Assembly: GCA_031260355.1 (NCBI GenBank)
Contig: JAIRJZ010000042.1
Span: 2,855 to 66,854, forward strand
Length of the DNA stretch: 64,000 bases
Direction of reading: 5' to 3'
Source of the DNA: Burkholderiales bacterium
GTDB taxonomy: Bacteria; Pseudomonadota; Gammaproteobacteria; Burkholderiales; Casimicrobiaceae
Positions 49,436-58,866 of this stretch are shown piece after piece; position 1 is the first letter of the stretch; each line of letters starts with the position of its first letter. Below the pieces are notes generated by a model, which did no database searches, was not told the DNA's origin, and was given only the letters and a program-made list of their open reading frames with translations. A program made the translations under genes and the position numbers.

Positions 49436-49575
49436 CTCCCCCTCTCCCCCTGGGGGAGAGGGGCCGGGGGAGAGGGGAGAGAAAACAATTGTTCCCCTCT
49501 CCCGCCCCTTTGGGGCACCCTCCCCCGCAAGGGGGGAGGGTAAAAATATCCGCGCTGAAACACGCACATTTGAAA
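49436..49575 (+). repeat. Composite G/C-run hairpin element (C hairpin ... D hairpin ... gcacatttgaaa tail), copy 1
   Basis: ctccccctctccccctgggggagagggg...caccctcccccgcaaggggggaggg. Lies in the modB-modC spacer. Confidence 0.8.
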
Positions 49576-49597
49576 ACATCCCCACGCACGATCACCC

Positions 49598-50269
49598 TCA
49601 TCGCTTCGGCGACAAAAAATAACCGGACAACGCCAGAATGGTGACACACACCGCCGAAATCAGCAGCGCCAATGTGTTGGCGCGCACGTCATCGCCTGCC
49701 TGTACCGCCTCGTACACCGCCATCGACAAGGTTTGTGTCCGCCCCGGCAGATTGCCGGCGACCATCAATGTCGCGCCGAATTCTCCCATCGCCCGCGCAA
49801 ACGCCAGCAACATGCCGGCGACGATGCCGCGCGCCGCCAAAGGCAACGACACTCTGAAAAACACGCCGATTTCCCGCGAACCCAGCGTTCGCGCCGCTTG
49901 CTCCATGTTCTTTTCGACATCTTCAAACGCCGCGCGTGCCGATTTGAAAACCAGCGGAAAAGCGACGATGGCCGCGGCGACAACCGCGCCTTGCCAAGTA
50001 AACACCAGTTGTATGCCGAAGTTTTCCTCCAGCCAAGGTCCCAGCGCACCGCGCCGCCCGAACAGCACCAACAGGTAATACCCCAGCACCGTCGGCGGCA
50101 ACACCATCGGCAGCGTCAGTACAGCATCCAACACATCGCGTCCGATAAAACGGAAACGCGCGAACACCCACGCCAACGTCACGCCCAGCAGCAGCGCATA
50201 CAGCGTCGCCAGCGACGCCACCTTCAGCGTCAGCCGCAATGTCTGCCAATCGGCTACGGTCAGTTCCAT
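49598..50269 (-). CDS. modB: Molybdate ABC transporter permease
   Basis: MELTVADWQTLRLTLKVASLATL..., EAA-loop region EQAARTLGS. Confidence 0.9.
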   Translation of the reverse strand: MELTVADWQTLRLTLKVASLATLYALLLGVTLAWVFARFRFIGRDVLDAVLTLPMVLPPTVLGYYLLVLFGRRGALGPWLEENFGIQLVFTWQGAVVAAAIVAFPLVFKSARAAFEDVEKNMEQAARTLGSREIGVFFRVSLPLAARGIVAGMLLAFARAMGEFGATLMVAGNLPGRTQTLSMAVYEAVQAGDDVRANTLALLISAVCVTILALSGYFLSPKR

Positions 50270-50323
50270 AAGGATTTTCGCTCGAATGTGTGGCGAACCG
50301 TCCCGGGAACTCCGAAGATAACG

Positions 50324-50436
50324 CCCCTCTCCCCTGGAGGGAGAGGGGTTGGGGAGAGGGGGAATAATTTCGCATTTCCTCTGTTCTGCGCTAACAACCC
50401 CTCTCCCGCAAGGGGAGAGAGGAACAGTGCATGTTT
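50324..50436 (+). repeat. Composite hairpin element, divergent copy
   Basis: cccctctcccctggagggagaggggttggggagaggggg...cccctctcccgcaaggggagagagg...gtgcatgtttg. Lies in the modA-modB spacer. Confidence 0.7.
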
Positions 50437-50474
50437 GCGTAAAATCGTGCTCACTTGAACAGAAAATGCTCTAC

Positions 50475-51290
50475 TCATTGATTGGATGACTGCACCGGCA
50501 GAAAGCCGTAGCGTTCCAGCACTTTCTGCCCGTCCGGCGAACGCAGATAAGCGATGAACGCACTGCCCAGTTGGCTCTTCGACAACGCCGCCTCGGCAAC
50601 CGGGTACACAATTGGGCTGGGTATCCATTGCCCACTCTTTTCCTCTTTGGCTACCGGCGGCACCGTCAACGCGACATCGACCTTATGCTCGTCCTGCCTG
50701 GCGTCGGTAGAAAACACAAAGCCCACGTCAACCTCGCCGCGACCGACGTAACTCAGGCTTTGGCGGACGCTCTCCGCCAGCACCAGCTTGGCTTGCACTG
50801 CCTCCCAAACACCGGCGGCCTGCATTGCCGCGCGGGCATAACGGCCGTTCGGTGTCGTTGCCGGATTGCCGATGACCACACGTTTGATGTCGGCGCTGAC
50901 CAGATCCTTCAGTCCGGTGATTTTCAATGTGCTGTCTTTCGGCACGATCACGACCAGACCGTTGCCGGTGAAATTGACGCGCGTCTCTTTCTTGATATGG
51001 TTGCCGGCGGCCGCTTTGTCCATCGTTTCCTGATCGGCCGAAGCGAACACATCGACCGGCGCTCCCTGCGTGATTTGTTGCAGCAGTACGCCCGATGCCG
51101 CGAAGTTGAATATGACCGTATTCCCTGGATGCGCCGCTTCGAAACCCTTGCCGATTTCCTTGAACGCATTGGTCAGACTGGCCGCCGCCGAGACGGTCAG
51201 CGTTTCCGCCGATGCCGTCGCCGCTGACAACGCCATCACCGCACACACAACGCCAGAGCGCAAAACCCGTAAAGAAAAACGTTTCATCAT
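50475..51290 (-). CDS. modA: Molybdate ABC transporter substrate-binding protein
   Basis: Signal peptide MMKRFSLRVLRSGVVCAVMALSAATASA, then ETLTVSAAASLTNAF...FNFAASG...VFASAD. The upstream part of the ORF is repeat DNA. Confidence 0.88.
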   Translation of the reverse strand: MMKRFSLRVLRSGVVCAVMALSAATASAETLTVSAAASLTNAFKEIGKGFEAAHPGNTVIFNFAASGVLLQQITQGAPVDVFASADQETMDKAAAGNHIKKETRVNFTGNGLVVIVPKDSTLKITGLKDLVSADIKRVVIGNPATTPNGRYARAAMQAAGVWEAVQAKLVLAESVRQSLSYVGRGEVDVGFVFSTDARQDEHKVDVALTVPPVAKEEKSGQWIPSPIVYPVAEAALSKSQLGSAFIAYLRSPDGQKVLERYGFLPVQSSNQ

Positions 51291-51352
51291 CAATGACTCC
51301 TTGAGCGCAAGAAAAGCCGCAATCCGGTACTGCGATGGCGCGCCGAGCTTTG

Positions 51353-51477
51353 CCCCCCTCTCCCCTTGAGGGAGAGGGGCTGGGGGAGGGGGGGGAAACA
51401 ATCCCTTCCCCCCTCTCCCGCCCCGTCGGGACACCCTCCCCCTCGAGGGGGGAGGGTGAAAAGTGTGCGCATTTGAA
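51353..51477 (+). repeat. Composite hairpin element, copy 2
   Basis: cccccctctccccttgagggagaggggctggggga...caccctccccctcgaggggggagggtgaaaagtgtgcgcatttgaa. Lies upstream of modA. Confidence 0.8.
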
Positions 51478-51504
51478 TCAACTCGCTGTAGCTCTTGCCG
51501 TTTT

Positions 51505-51548
51505 CTATATTCCAGGGAATATATCGGCTATATTCTACAAAATATAAC
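51505..51548. promoter_or_regulatory. Putative tandem ModE operators
   Basis: cTATATtccagggaATATAtcggcTATATtctacaaaATATAacg contains two TATAT-N8-ATATA inverted repeats. They lie in the divergent modA / mnmH promoter region and resemble known ModE sites built from TAYAT repeats. Confidence 0.5.
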
Positions 51549-51730
51549 GCTTCGTGGCGGCTTTTTCAGAAATTCTCTGGACCTTCATTGTCGTCACGAC
51601 TTATTCCGCCTTTTTGCACAAACGGCTATGCGTTTGTCAACGCCGCTTTGTCCTTCGCCTTGTTCTTTAGGTCCCGCTGCTACCGTGTTACAATATTGTT
51701 TTTACAGGCGTTTCGCAGATTTCACGCACC

Positions 51731-52786
51731 ATGGCTCTCCCCCCCGATGCCCACTGCACTCTGGCTCAACGGGTCGAGGCCGACGAAATCATCGACGTAC
51801 GCTCTCCCGTCGAATTTGCCGAAGACCACCTTCCCGGCGCCCGCAATTGTCCCGTTCTGAGCAATGAAGAGCGCACTGCCGTCGGCACGCTTTACCAAAG
51901 CTCCCCTTTTGCAGCACGCAAAGTCGGGGCGGCAATGGTTGCCCATAACATCGCCCGTTGCCTCGACAGCGAACTTGCCAACCGTCCCAAAAGCTGGCGA
52001 CCGTTCGTGTACTGCTGGCGCGGCGGCATGCGCAGCGCCAGCTTCGTTACCTGGCTGCGGCTGATCGGCTGGCGCGCCGTGCAACTGACCGGCGGCTACA
52101 AGACTTGGCGCCACCACGTGCTGCAAACCCTGACCGATTTGCCGCCACGCTTCCGTTGGCGCGTCATCTGCGGCCCCACCGGTAGCGCCAAAACCCGGCT
52201 GTTGGCAGCCTTAGCCGCCGGTGGAGAGCAAACGCTCGACCTCGAGGCGCTGGCCGCTCACAAGGGTTCCGTCCTCGGAGCGCTACCGGATACCCCGCAG
52301 CCCTCCCAGCGAGCGTTCGAAACGCGGCTTTCGGAAGCGCTGGTCGCGCTCGACCCGGCGCGCCCGGTTTACGTCGAAGCCGAGAGTCGCAAGATCGGCC
52401 GGATCGCATTGCCCAACGCCCTGATCGACACGATGCACAACGCCGATTGCCTCGAACTGTTGCCGTCGCCGGAAGTGCGGCTGCGTTACCTGCTCAACGA
52501 TTACGCTTACTTTGGGCAAAACCCGCAAGATTTGTGCGATCAGTTGGAGCGGCTCAAGGGCTTCATCGACAACGCCGCGCTGGAACGCTGGAAGCAGTGG
52601 GCGCAAAACGGCAACTTACCCGACCTTTTTGCCGAACTGCTCGCCCGCCATTACGACCCGCTGTACGCCCGCTCGCAATACCGCCATTTCAGCAAACTGC
52701 ATAACGCGCCGCGTTTTTATCCCGATGATTTGTCGAATGCCGCTTTGGCGGCACTGGCGGGAAAAATCGCTGGAAAAACAGATTAA
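51731..52786 (+). CDS. mnmH: tRNA 2-selenouridine(34) synthase
   Basis: Rhodanese domain with YCWRGGMRS active-site loop and P-loop CGPTGSAKT. Confidence 0.88.
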   Translation: MALPPDAHCTLAQRVEADEIIDVRSPVEFAEDHLPGARNCPVLSNEERTAVGTLYQSSPFAARKVGAAMVAHNIARCLDSELANRPKSWRPFVYCWRGGMRSASFVTWLRLIGWRAVQLTGGYKTWRHHVLQTLTDLPPRFRWRVICGPTGSAKTRLLAALAAGGEQTLDLEALAAHKGSVLGALPDTPQPSQRAFETRLSEALVALDPARPVYVEAESRKIGRIALPNALIDTMHNADCLELLPSPEVRLRYLLNDYAYFGQNPQDLCDQLERLKGFIDNAALERWKQWAQNGNLPDLFAELLARHYDPLYARSQYRHFSKLHNAPRFYPDDLSNAALAALAGKIAGKTD

Positions 52787-52872
52787 CAGGAACCTGTGCC
52801 GCCCGCCGTTACGACCCGGTTACCCGCACGTTTGCAATACCGCCATTTCTACTAGAGGACTTAAACATCGTT

Positions 52873-54546
52873 ATGCAGGACTTGAACAGTATCAAACAGT
52901 TGCCGTGGTTCAAAAAACTGAGGGCGAAACTCGTTATCAAAAGCCATTGGTTCATTTTATTGACAGGGCTGTATTTCACGTTTGTTCTGAATTGCAGTTT
53001 GTGGCGCTTTGTCTTTGACAACCTTGAAATCACCAATTTCGCCGTCTTTGTTTTTGCGCTTTCGCTGCCGTTCTTCGTCTTTGTGCCGCTATACGTTTTT
53101 CTTAACCTGATCGTCGCTCCTTATATTGCCAAACCGCTTCTGATTTTCTTCATCCTGGTTTCCAGCGCAACAAATTACCTGATGTACAACCTGGGCGTGT
53201 TTATCGATTCGGATATGGTGCGCAACGCCTTTGAAACGAATACGCGAGAAGCTTTTGACTTGGTTACTTTTTCCGGCTTTGCGTGGGTTTTGATCACCGG
53301 AATGATACCGGGCACCCTCATTTTCATGGCAACCATCAAATACCAGCCATGGAAAAAGGAAATCACCAAGCGGGTTGTTTGTGTTTTGGCGGCGCTGTTG
53401 GTCATGGGAGGGTTTGCGGCAACTTCCTATAAGGAATACGCCTCTTTCGGCCGCAACCACCACGAAGTACGAAAAATATTAAATACTGTCAACTACACGT
53501 ATTCAACCGTGCGCTATTTCCAAAGACAAGCCTTGGCAAACAGGACTTTCAAACGCCTGGATGAAAATGCCTTGCTTGTTCCTTTTAAAGATCCGCATAT
53601 AACTTTACTGGTTCTTGTTGTAGGAGAAACCGCGCGCGCCAAAAATTTTTCGCTCTATGGATATGAAAAAGAAACAAATCCGCTATTGAAAAAACAGGAC
53701 ATCATTCCTTTTGCCCAAATGACTTCGTGCGGAACGTCGACAGCAATTTCCTTGCCGTGCATGTTTTCGTACAGGGCACGCACGGATTTTGACGCGACAG
53801 ACGCCAAATACACAGAAAACTTGCTGGACCTTGCGCAAACCGCCGGATATAAAATCTTGTGGCTCGAAAACGACGATGGGTGCAAAGAGGTATGCCGCCG
53901 TGTCGAAACTCAGTATATGGTTAAAATCAATAACCCGAAGTATTGCAACGGCAAGTATTGCCTTGACGAAGCGTTGCTGGACGGCTTGCCGGAAATCATT
54001 GCCGGCCTCAAAGAAGATACCGTCATTGTTTTGCACACGATGGGGAGCCATGGGCCGACTTACTACGAACGCTATCCCGACAGCTTCAGGAAGTTCACGC
54101 CAACCTGCGACACGGCGAACATTCAGAACTGTACACAGGAGCAGGTTATCAATACCTACGACAATACGATTCTTTATACGGACTATATCATTTCCTCCGT
54201 GATTGACATGCTGAAAAGGCATCCTGAATACGAATCCGGTTTGATTTATGTGTCCGATCATGGTGAATCTCTGGGAGAAAACAACATCTATTTGCACGGC
54301 TTCCCCTACAAGCTGGCGCCGAAAGAGCAAACACATGTACCGATGATTTTGTGGATGAGCGAAACCATGAAGCGGTGGGATTATGTGGACTATGATTGCC
54401 TGCGCGAAGAAGCCTCCCAAAACTCTTACTCTCACGACAACTTGTTTCATTCCATTATCGGGTTACTGGAAATCAAGACGCATCCCTACAACAAGGAATA
54501 CGACATCCTCAAAGACTGTCGGACGAAAGAGCTGTTCAGTGAGTAA
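52873..54546 (+). CDS. eptA: Phosphoethanolamine--lipid A transferase (EptA/MCR family)
   Basis: Five N-terminal TM helices plus a sulfatase-fold domain with VVGETARA, catalytic-Thr motif SCGTSTA, GSHGPTYYERYP and VSDHGESLGEN. Markedly AT-rich. Confidence 0.88.
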   Translation: MQDLNSIKQLPWFKKLRAKLVIKSHWFILLTGLYFTFVLNCSLWRFVFDNLEITNFAVFVFALSLPFFVFVPLYVFLNLIVAPYIAKPLLIFFILVSSATNYLMYNLGVFIDSDMVRNAFETNTREAFDLVTFSGFAWVLITGMIPGTLIFMATIKYQPWKKEITKRVVCVLAALLVMGGFAATSYKEYASFGRNHHEVRKILNTVNYTYSTVRYFQRQALANRTFKRLDENALLVPFKDPHITLLVLVVGETARAKNFSLYGYEKETNPLLKKQDIIPFAQMTSCGTSTAISLPCMFSYRARTDFDATDAKYTENLLDLAQTAGYKILWLENDDGCKEVCRRVETQYMVKINNPKYCNGKYCLDEALLDGLPEIIAGLKEDTVIVLHTMGSHGPTYYERYPDSFRKFTPTCDTANIQNCTQEQVINTYDNTILYTDYIISSVIDMLKRHPEYESGLIYVSDHGESLGENNIYLHGFPYKLAPKEQTHVPMILWMSETMKRWDYVDYDCLREEASQNSYSHDNLFHSIIGLLEIKTHPYNKEYDILKDCRTKELFSE

Positions 54547-54637
54547 AACAGCGAGATAACCGGAATAAGCCGGCGCTCTTGAGTTAGAGCAGTTTTGATT
54601 TAAGCGATTACTCCCTGCGACGGCGAGCAGCACTTCG

Positions 54638-54759
54638 CTCCCCTCTCCCCTTGAGGGAGAGGGGCTGGGGGAGAGGGGTGAAGTTTTCTCTCCCCCTCTC
54701 CCGCCCCTTCGGGCCACCCTCCCCCTCGAGGGGGGAGGGAAAAAGTGTAAGCATTTGAA
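54638..54759 (+). repeat. Composite hairpin element, copy 3
   Basis: ctcccctctccccttgagggagaggggctgggggagagggg...caccctccccctcgaggggggagggaaaaagtgtaagcatttgaac. Confidence 0.8.
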
Positions 54760-54830
54760 CCAAAACCGCTCTAGCGCAAATTCGTGAGTTGCTGCCGCGC
54801 CCAACCCGCCCTTGGTCTGGTAGATGATAT

Positions 54831-55442
54831 CTACGATTTCTTGTCAAGCAACTGCGCCACATAGCGCGCGATCAAATCGATTTCGAGGTTGACGACATCG
54901 CCGGCTTTCAGCGATGAAAACACCGTAGCGACAAACGTATGCGGGATCAGATTGATCGCCGCGCGGTTGCCGGTGACGGCGTTAACCGTCAGGCTGACCC
55001 CGTGCACCGTCAGCGATCCTTTGGCGGCAACGAAACGCATCAACGCTTCCGGCGCTTCAATTTCCAGCAGGTAGTTGCGCTCTGTTTCTCCCGGCGCCGC
55101 TTCGAGCGCCGTCAGTTGCACGACGCGGCCAACGCCGTCAACGTGGCCGCTTACCAGATGGCCGCCGAGCCGGTCGGACAGCCGCATCGCTTTTTCCATG
55201 TTGACGCGCCCACCCGCCGGAAATCCGGCGGTGCAGCGCAGCGTTTCCGCCGACACATCGAACACCAGCATATGCTCCCGCTGCGCAACCGCCGTCAGGC
55301 AGCAGCCGTTGAGCGCGATGCTGTCGCCCAGCCCGACATCGGTCAAATCCAACGCCGACGCATCGACTTCGAGCGCCACGCCCCCCGCTTTAGGGGTTAC
55401 GGTTTTGATCGCACCGACGGCGGTAATGATCCCGGTAAACAT
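54831..55442 (-). CDS. ribE: Riboflavin synthase
   Basis: MFTGIITAVGAI..., two lumazine-binding repeats. Confidence 0.92.
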   Translation of the reverse strand: MFTGIITAVGAIKTVTPKAGGVALEVDASALDLTDVGLGDSIALNGCCLTAVAQREHMLVFDVSAETLRCTAGFPAGGRVNMEKAMRLSDRLGGHLVSGHVDGVGRVVQLTALEAAPGETERNYLLEIEAPEALMRFVAAKGSLTVHGVSLTVNAVTGNRAAINLIPHTFVATVFSSLKAGDVVNLEIDLIARYVAQLLDKKS

Positions 55443-56567
55443 TCAACTCTCCTTGCGGCGAAGGCGTAAACGCACATCGTCACCGATGCGCGCCGCTTCC
55501 ATAAAAGAAAAATCCGCGTAAGCATCCAAACTGTTCAAAGGCGTCGCCGGGTCAAACATCGGCAACGCTTGCGCTCCGAGCACCTTGGGCGCCAGATACA
55601 CCAGCAGTTCGTCGATAAGCCCCGCTTCAAGCAACGCGCCGTTCAACCGCGCGCCGGCTTCGACATGCAGTTCATTGATTTCCATCTTCGCCAGCATTGC
55701 CATCAGTGCCCGCAAATCTTCGCCGCCGTATTTTCCTTCCGCCCCGGTTGCTGGCAGCAGCAGATGACGAACGTGCGAAGGCCAAGATGGCGATCGCGCC
55801 GCTGCGGTGACGATCAGCGTATCGCCGCCATCGGCCATGAGCCGACTGGTCGCCGGCGTTTTCGCCAGACGGTCGAGTACGATGCGCAGCGGTTGCCGCG
55901 TTGTTGTTACCGCTCGGACAGTCAACGACGGGTCGTCGGCCAATACGGTTCCGATGCCGGTCAACAGCGCACAAGCTCGGGCGCGAAACGCATGTCCGTC
56001 ATCACGCGCCGCCGCTTGTGTAATCCACTGGCTGCGCCCGTCGGCCAGCGCCGTCCGTCCGTCGAGACTGGCGGCGATCTTGCTGCGAACCCATGGACGC
56101 CCGCGCTGCACTCGCGAGAAAAAACCGCAGTTCAGTTCACGCGCTTCTTCTTCGAGCAAACCCGATTCGAAAGCGATGCCCGCCGCCTGCAATGTTTGCC
56201 CGCCGTGCGCCGCCTGCGGATTCGGATCGGTCGCCGCCGCGATCACCCGGCCGATGCCGGCGGCGATGATCGCCTCGGTACAAGGCGGCACCCGGCCATG
56301 GTGGCTGCACGGTTCCAGCGAAACGATCATCGTCGCACCGCGCACATCATGACCGCGCGCACGCGCATCGGCCAACGCCGCCGGTTCGGCATGCGCTTCC
56401 CCCGCTTTCTGGTGCCAACCCTCGCCGAGCACTTCCCCGTTTTTGACGACCACGCAACCAACGCGCGGATTCGGTGTTGTCGTAGCCAGTCCGCGCGCCG
56501 CCAACGCCAGCGCGCGCTGCATGTGACGAACATCGGCTTCAGACCAGCGCATGGTTTCGGTTCTCAA
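55443..56567 (-). CDS. ribD: Bifunctional riboflavin biosynthesis protein RibD (deaminase/reductase)
   Basis: CMP/dCMP deaminase motif HAEPAAL...PCSHHGRVPPC plus a C-terminal RibD_C reductase domain. Confidence 0.92.
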   Translation of the reverse strand: MRTETMRWSEADVRHMQRALALAARGLATTTPNPRVGCVVVKNGEVLGEGWHQKAGEAHAEPAALADARARGHDVRGATMIVSLEPCSHHGRVPPCTEAIIAAGIGRVIAAATDPNPQAAHGGQTLQAAGIAFESGLLEEEARELNCGFFSRVQRGRPWVRSKIAASLDGRTALADGRSQWITQAAARDDGHAFRARACALLTGIGTVLADDPSLTVRAVTTTRQPLRIVLDRLAKTPATSRLMADGGDTLIVTAAARSPSWPSHVRHLLLPATGAEGKYGGEDLRALMAMLAKMEINELHVEAGARLNGALLEAGLIDELLVYLAPKVLGAQALPMFDPATPLNSLDAYADFSFMEAARIGDDVRLRLRRKES

Positions 56568-56696
56568 GCAATAGCCACAAAGAAAATAACGGGCACAGCA
56601 CTTTATTCGTTCTTCGTAGCTAAAGAGGATTTCTTACCCACACCCTTCCGTCTAGTGTGATGAACGCATGGTCGGTAAAGACGCAAACGACCGTTT

Positions 56697-56866
56697 CCCT
56701 CCCCTTCAAGGGGAGGGTTAGGGTGGGGATGGGTTTGTTCTATTGTGCACATGCTGAAAATTCTGATCGACTTTTTTCATTGATTTGTCCGCACACAAAT
56801 CTCTTCGTTACCGTGTAAGTACGACGCCCCCCATCCCCACCCCGACCCTCCCCTTGAAGGGGAGGG
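56697..56866. repeat. Inverted pair of unit B (56697..56733 and 56827..56866) flanking a ~90-bp AT-rich core
   Basis: ccctccccttcaaggggagggttagggtggggatggg ... ccccccatccccaccccgaccctccccttgaaggggaggg. Lies in the nrdR-ribD spacer. Confidence 0.75.
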
Positions 56867-56873
56867 AGCAGTT

Positions 56874-57347
56874 TCAGCGCTGCTTTTCATCCCACTCCGG
56901 TTTTTCCATCGTCTTCAACACATCGTGGAAATCGGAAACGTCTTTGAATGAACGGTACACCGAAGCAAAACGAACGTAGGCGACTTTGTCGAGTTTGTAC
57001 AACTCTTCCATCACCATCTCGCCGATTTGGCGCGACGGCACTTCGCGCTCACCCAGCGAGAGCAATCGCTGAACGACGCGCTGGATCGCCGCATCGACCG
57101 CCTCGGTTTCAACCGCTCTCTTGTGCAACGCCCGCTGAAAGCTGACGCGCAATTTGCTTTCATCGAACTCGGCGCGCCCGCCGTCGGTTTTGACGATTTG
57201 CGGCATCCGCAACTCGACCGTTTCATAGGTCGTGAAACGTTTCTGACACGCGGCGCAACGGCGACGGCGACGGATCGAATCGCCCGCTTCCGACACTCGT
57301 GAGTCGATCACCTGGGTATCATCGCTGCGGCAGAACGGGCACTTCAT
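56874..57347 (-). CDS. nrdR: Transcriptional repressor NrdR
   Basis: [20 protein letters not shown]...[16 protein letters not shown] zinc ribbon plus ATP-cone. Confidence 0.93.
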   Translation of the reverse strand: MKCPFCRSDDTQVIDSRVSEAGDSIRRRRRCAACQKRFTTYETVELRMPQIVKTDGGRAEFDESKLRVSFQRALHKRAVETEAVDAAIQRVVQRLLSLGEREVPSRQIGEMVMEELYKLDKVAYVRFASVYRSFKDVSDFHDVLKTMEKPEWDEKQR

Positions 57348-57354
57348 GGCACGC

Positions 57355-58602
57355 TCAATCCAGGTAAACGGGAAATTTCGCGGTCAACGCGACCACTTCC
57401 GCCTTGACCCGCGCCAGCACTTTGTCGTCTTCCGGCGCATCGAGTACATCGGCGATCAAATGCGCGAGTTTCTCGCATTCGAATACGGAGAAACCGCGCG
57501 TGGTTGACGCCGGACTGCCGATTCGGATACCGGAAGTCACAAACGGTTTTTCCGGATCGTTCGGAATCGAATTCTTGTTAACCGTGATGTGCGCCCTGCC
57601 GAGCACTTCTTCGGCGGCCTTGCCGGTGATTTTCTTGGCTCGCAAGTCCACCAGAAACATGTGCGAATCGGTGCCGCCGGAAACGATGCGCAAATCGCGC
57701 TCGCTTAACGCTTTCGCCAGCACGCGGGCGTTCTCCAGAACGCGCATCTGGTACGTCTTGAAATCTTTCGAGAGCGCTTCGCCGAACGCCGCCGCTTTGG
57801 CGGCAATCACATGCATCAGCGGACCGCCCTGCAAACCGGGGAATACCGCCGAGTTGATCGCCTTCTCGTTTTCCGCCCGCGTCAGCACCATGCCACCGCG
57901 CGGACCGCGCAAGGTTTTGTGCGTCGTCGTCGTCACATAGTCGGCAAACGGCACCGGACTCGGGTACAGATGCGCCGCGACCAAACCGGCGTAGTGCGCC
58001 ATGTCAACCATCAACAGCGCCCCGACGTGATCGGCCACCGCTCTGAACTTCTTCCAGTCGATCACCCGCGAATACGCCGAAGCGCCGGCCACAATCAGTT
58101 TGGGCTTGTGCTCTTCGGCCAGCTTCGCCATCGCTTCGTAGTCGATCAACTCGTTTTCGTCGAGCCCATACGGCACGACCTTGAACCATTTTCCGGAGAT
58201 GTTCACCGGCGAACCGTGCGTCAAATGTCCGCCGTGCGGCAGGCTCATGCCGAGAATCGTATCGCCCGGTTGCAGCGCCGCAAAAAACACCGCCTGATTG
58301 GCCTGCGCGCCGGAATGCGGTTGCACGTTCGCCGCCTGCGCGTCGAACAGTTTTTTGGCGCGGTCGATGGCCAGTTGCTCGGCCTGATCGACGAACTCAC
58401 AACCACCGTAATAGCGCTTGCCCGGATAGCCTTCCGCGTACTTGTTGTTCAATTGCGAACCCTGTGCCGCCATCACGCCCGGACTGGCGTAATTTTCGGA
58501 GGCGATCAGTTCGATATGGTCTTCCTGCCGTTTCGTTTCGGCGGCGATGACCGCCCACAGTTCGGGGTCGGCCAGCGCAAGTGTCTTGGAGCGGGAATAC
58601 AT
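57355..58602 (-). CDS. glyA: Serine hydroxymethyltransferase
   Basis: [39 protein letters not shown] and the PLP site [14 protein letters not shown]. Confidence 0.95.
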   Translation of the reverse strand: MYSRSKTLALADPELWAVIAAETKRQEDHIELIASENYASPGVMAAQGSQLNNKYAEGYPGKRYYGGCEFVDQAEQLAIDRAKKLFDAQAANVQPHSGAQANQAVFFAALQPGDTILGMSLPHGGHLTHGSPVNISGKWFKVVPYGLDENELIDYEAMAKLAEEHKPKLIVAGASAYSRVIDWKKFRAVADHVGALLMVDMAHYAGLVAAHLYPSPVPFADYVTTTTHKTLRGPRGGMVLTRAENEKAINSAVFPGLQGGPLMHVIAAKAAAFGEALSKDFKTYQMRVLENARVLAKALSERDLRIVSGGTDSHMFLVDLRAKKITGKAAEEVLGRAHITVNKNSIPNDPEKPFVTSGIRIGSPASTTRGFSVFECEKLAHLIADVLDAPEDDKVLARVKAEVVALTAKFPVYLD

Positions 58603-58726
58603 GATTTTGACATCGTCCACAATGTAAAGGCTAAGTCTACACGTTCGCCGCTATTTGTGGGAGTCCTTGCCGCCGCTCCCGGCAAATGTTGTGCTTCCCA
58701 CTCCCGGGCGATACCCCTTTGGGAAG

Positions 58727-58847
58727 CTCTGAATAACCCTCCTGTCATTCTGCGCGTAGCGAAGCGAAGTCGCAGAATCCATGCAGTGTGTGGATCCTGC
58801 GACTTCGCGCAGGATGACAAAGCGGGGGAATGCGGAGTTATTCAGAG
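58727..58847 (-). mobile_element. 121-bp MITE-like element, second copy (inverted relative to 39844..39964)
   Basis: ctctgaataac...gttattcagag termini, with the same two internal REP hairpins. Confidence 0.7.
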
Positions 58848-58866
58848 ATTCCTTAACAGGCCCTAG

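Noticed and set aside
51291-51434. An N-terminal extension of the modA ORF (MSRRGGRGGKGLFPPPPPAPLPQGERGAKLG...).
   Set aside because: This part is the translation of composite repeat copy 2. A canonical signal peptide starts at MMKRF (51290), so the extension is not coding.
49436-54759. A possible CRISPR array formed by the recurring G/C-rich palindromic elements.
   Set aside because: The copies are 0.9-3 kb apart, separated by genes, not regularly spaced, and differ in length. No cas genes are present. They are dispersed REP/MITE-type repeats.
56568-56873. An FMN (RFN) riboswitch upstream of ribD.
   Set aside because: The spacer is explained by the inverted unit-B pair plus the AT-rich core. 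I could not find the conserved RFN core segments. ribD probably depends on nrdR read-through or its own promoter.
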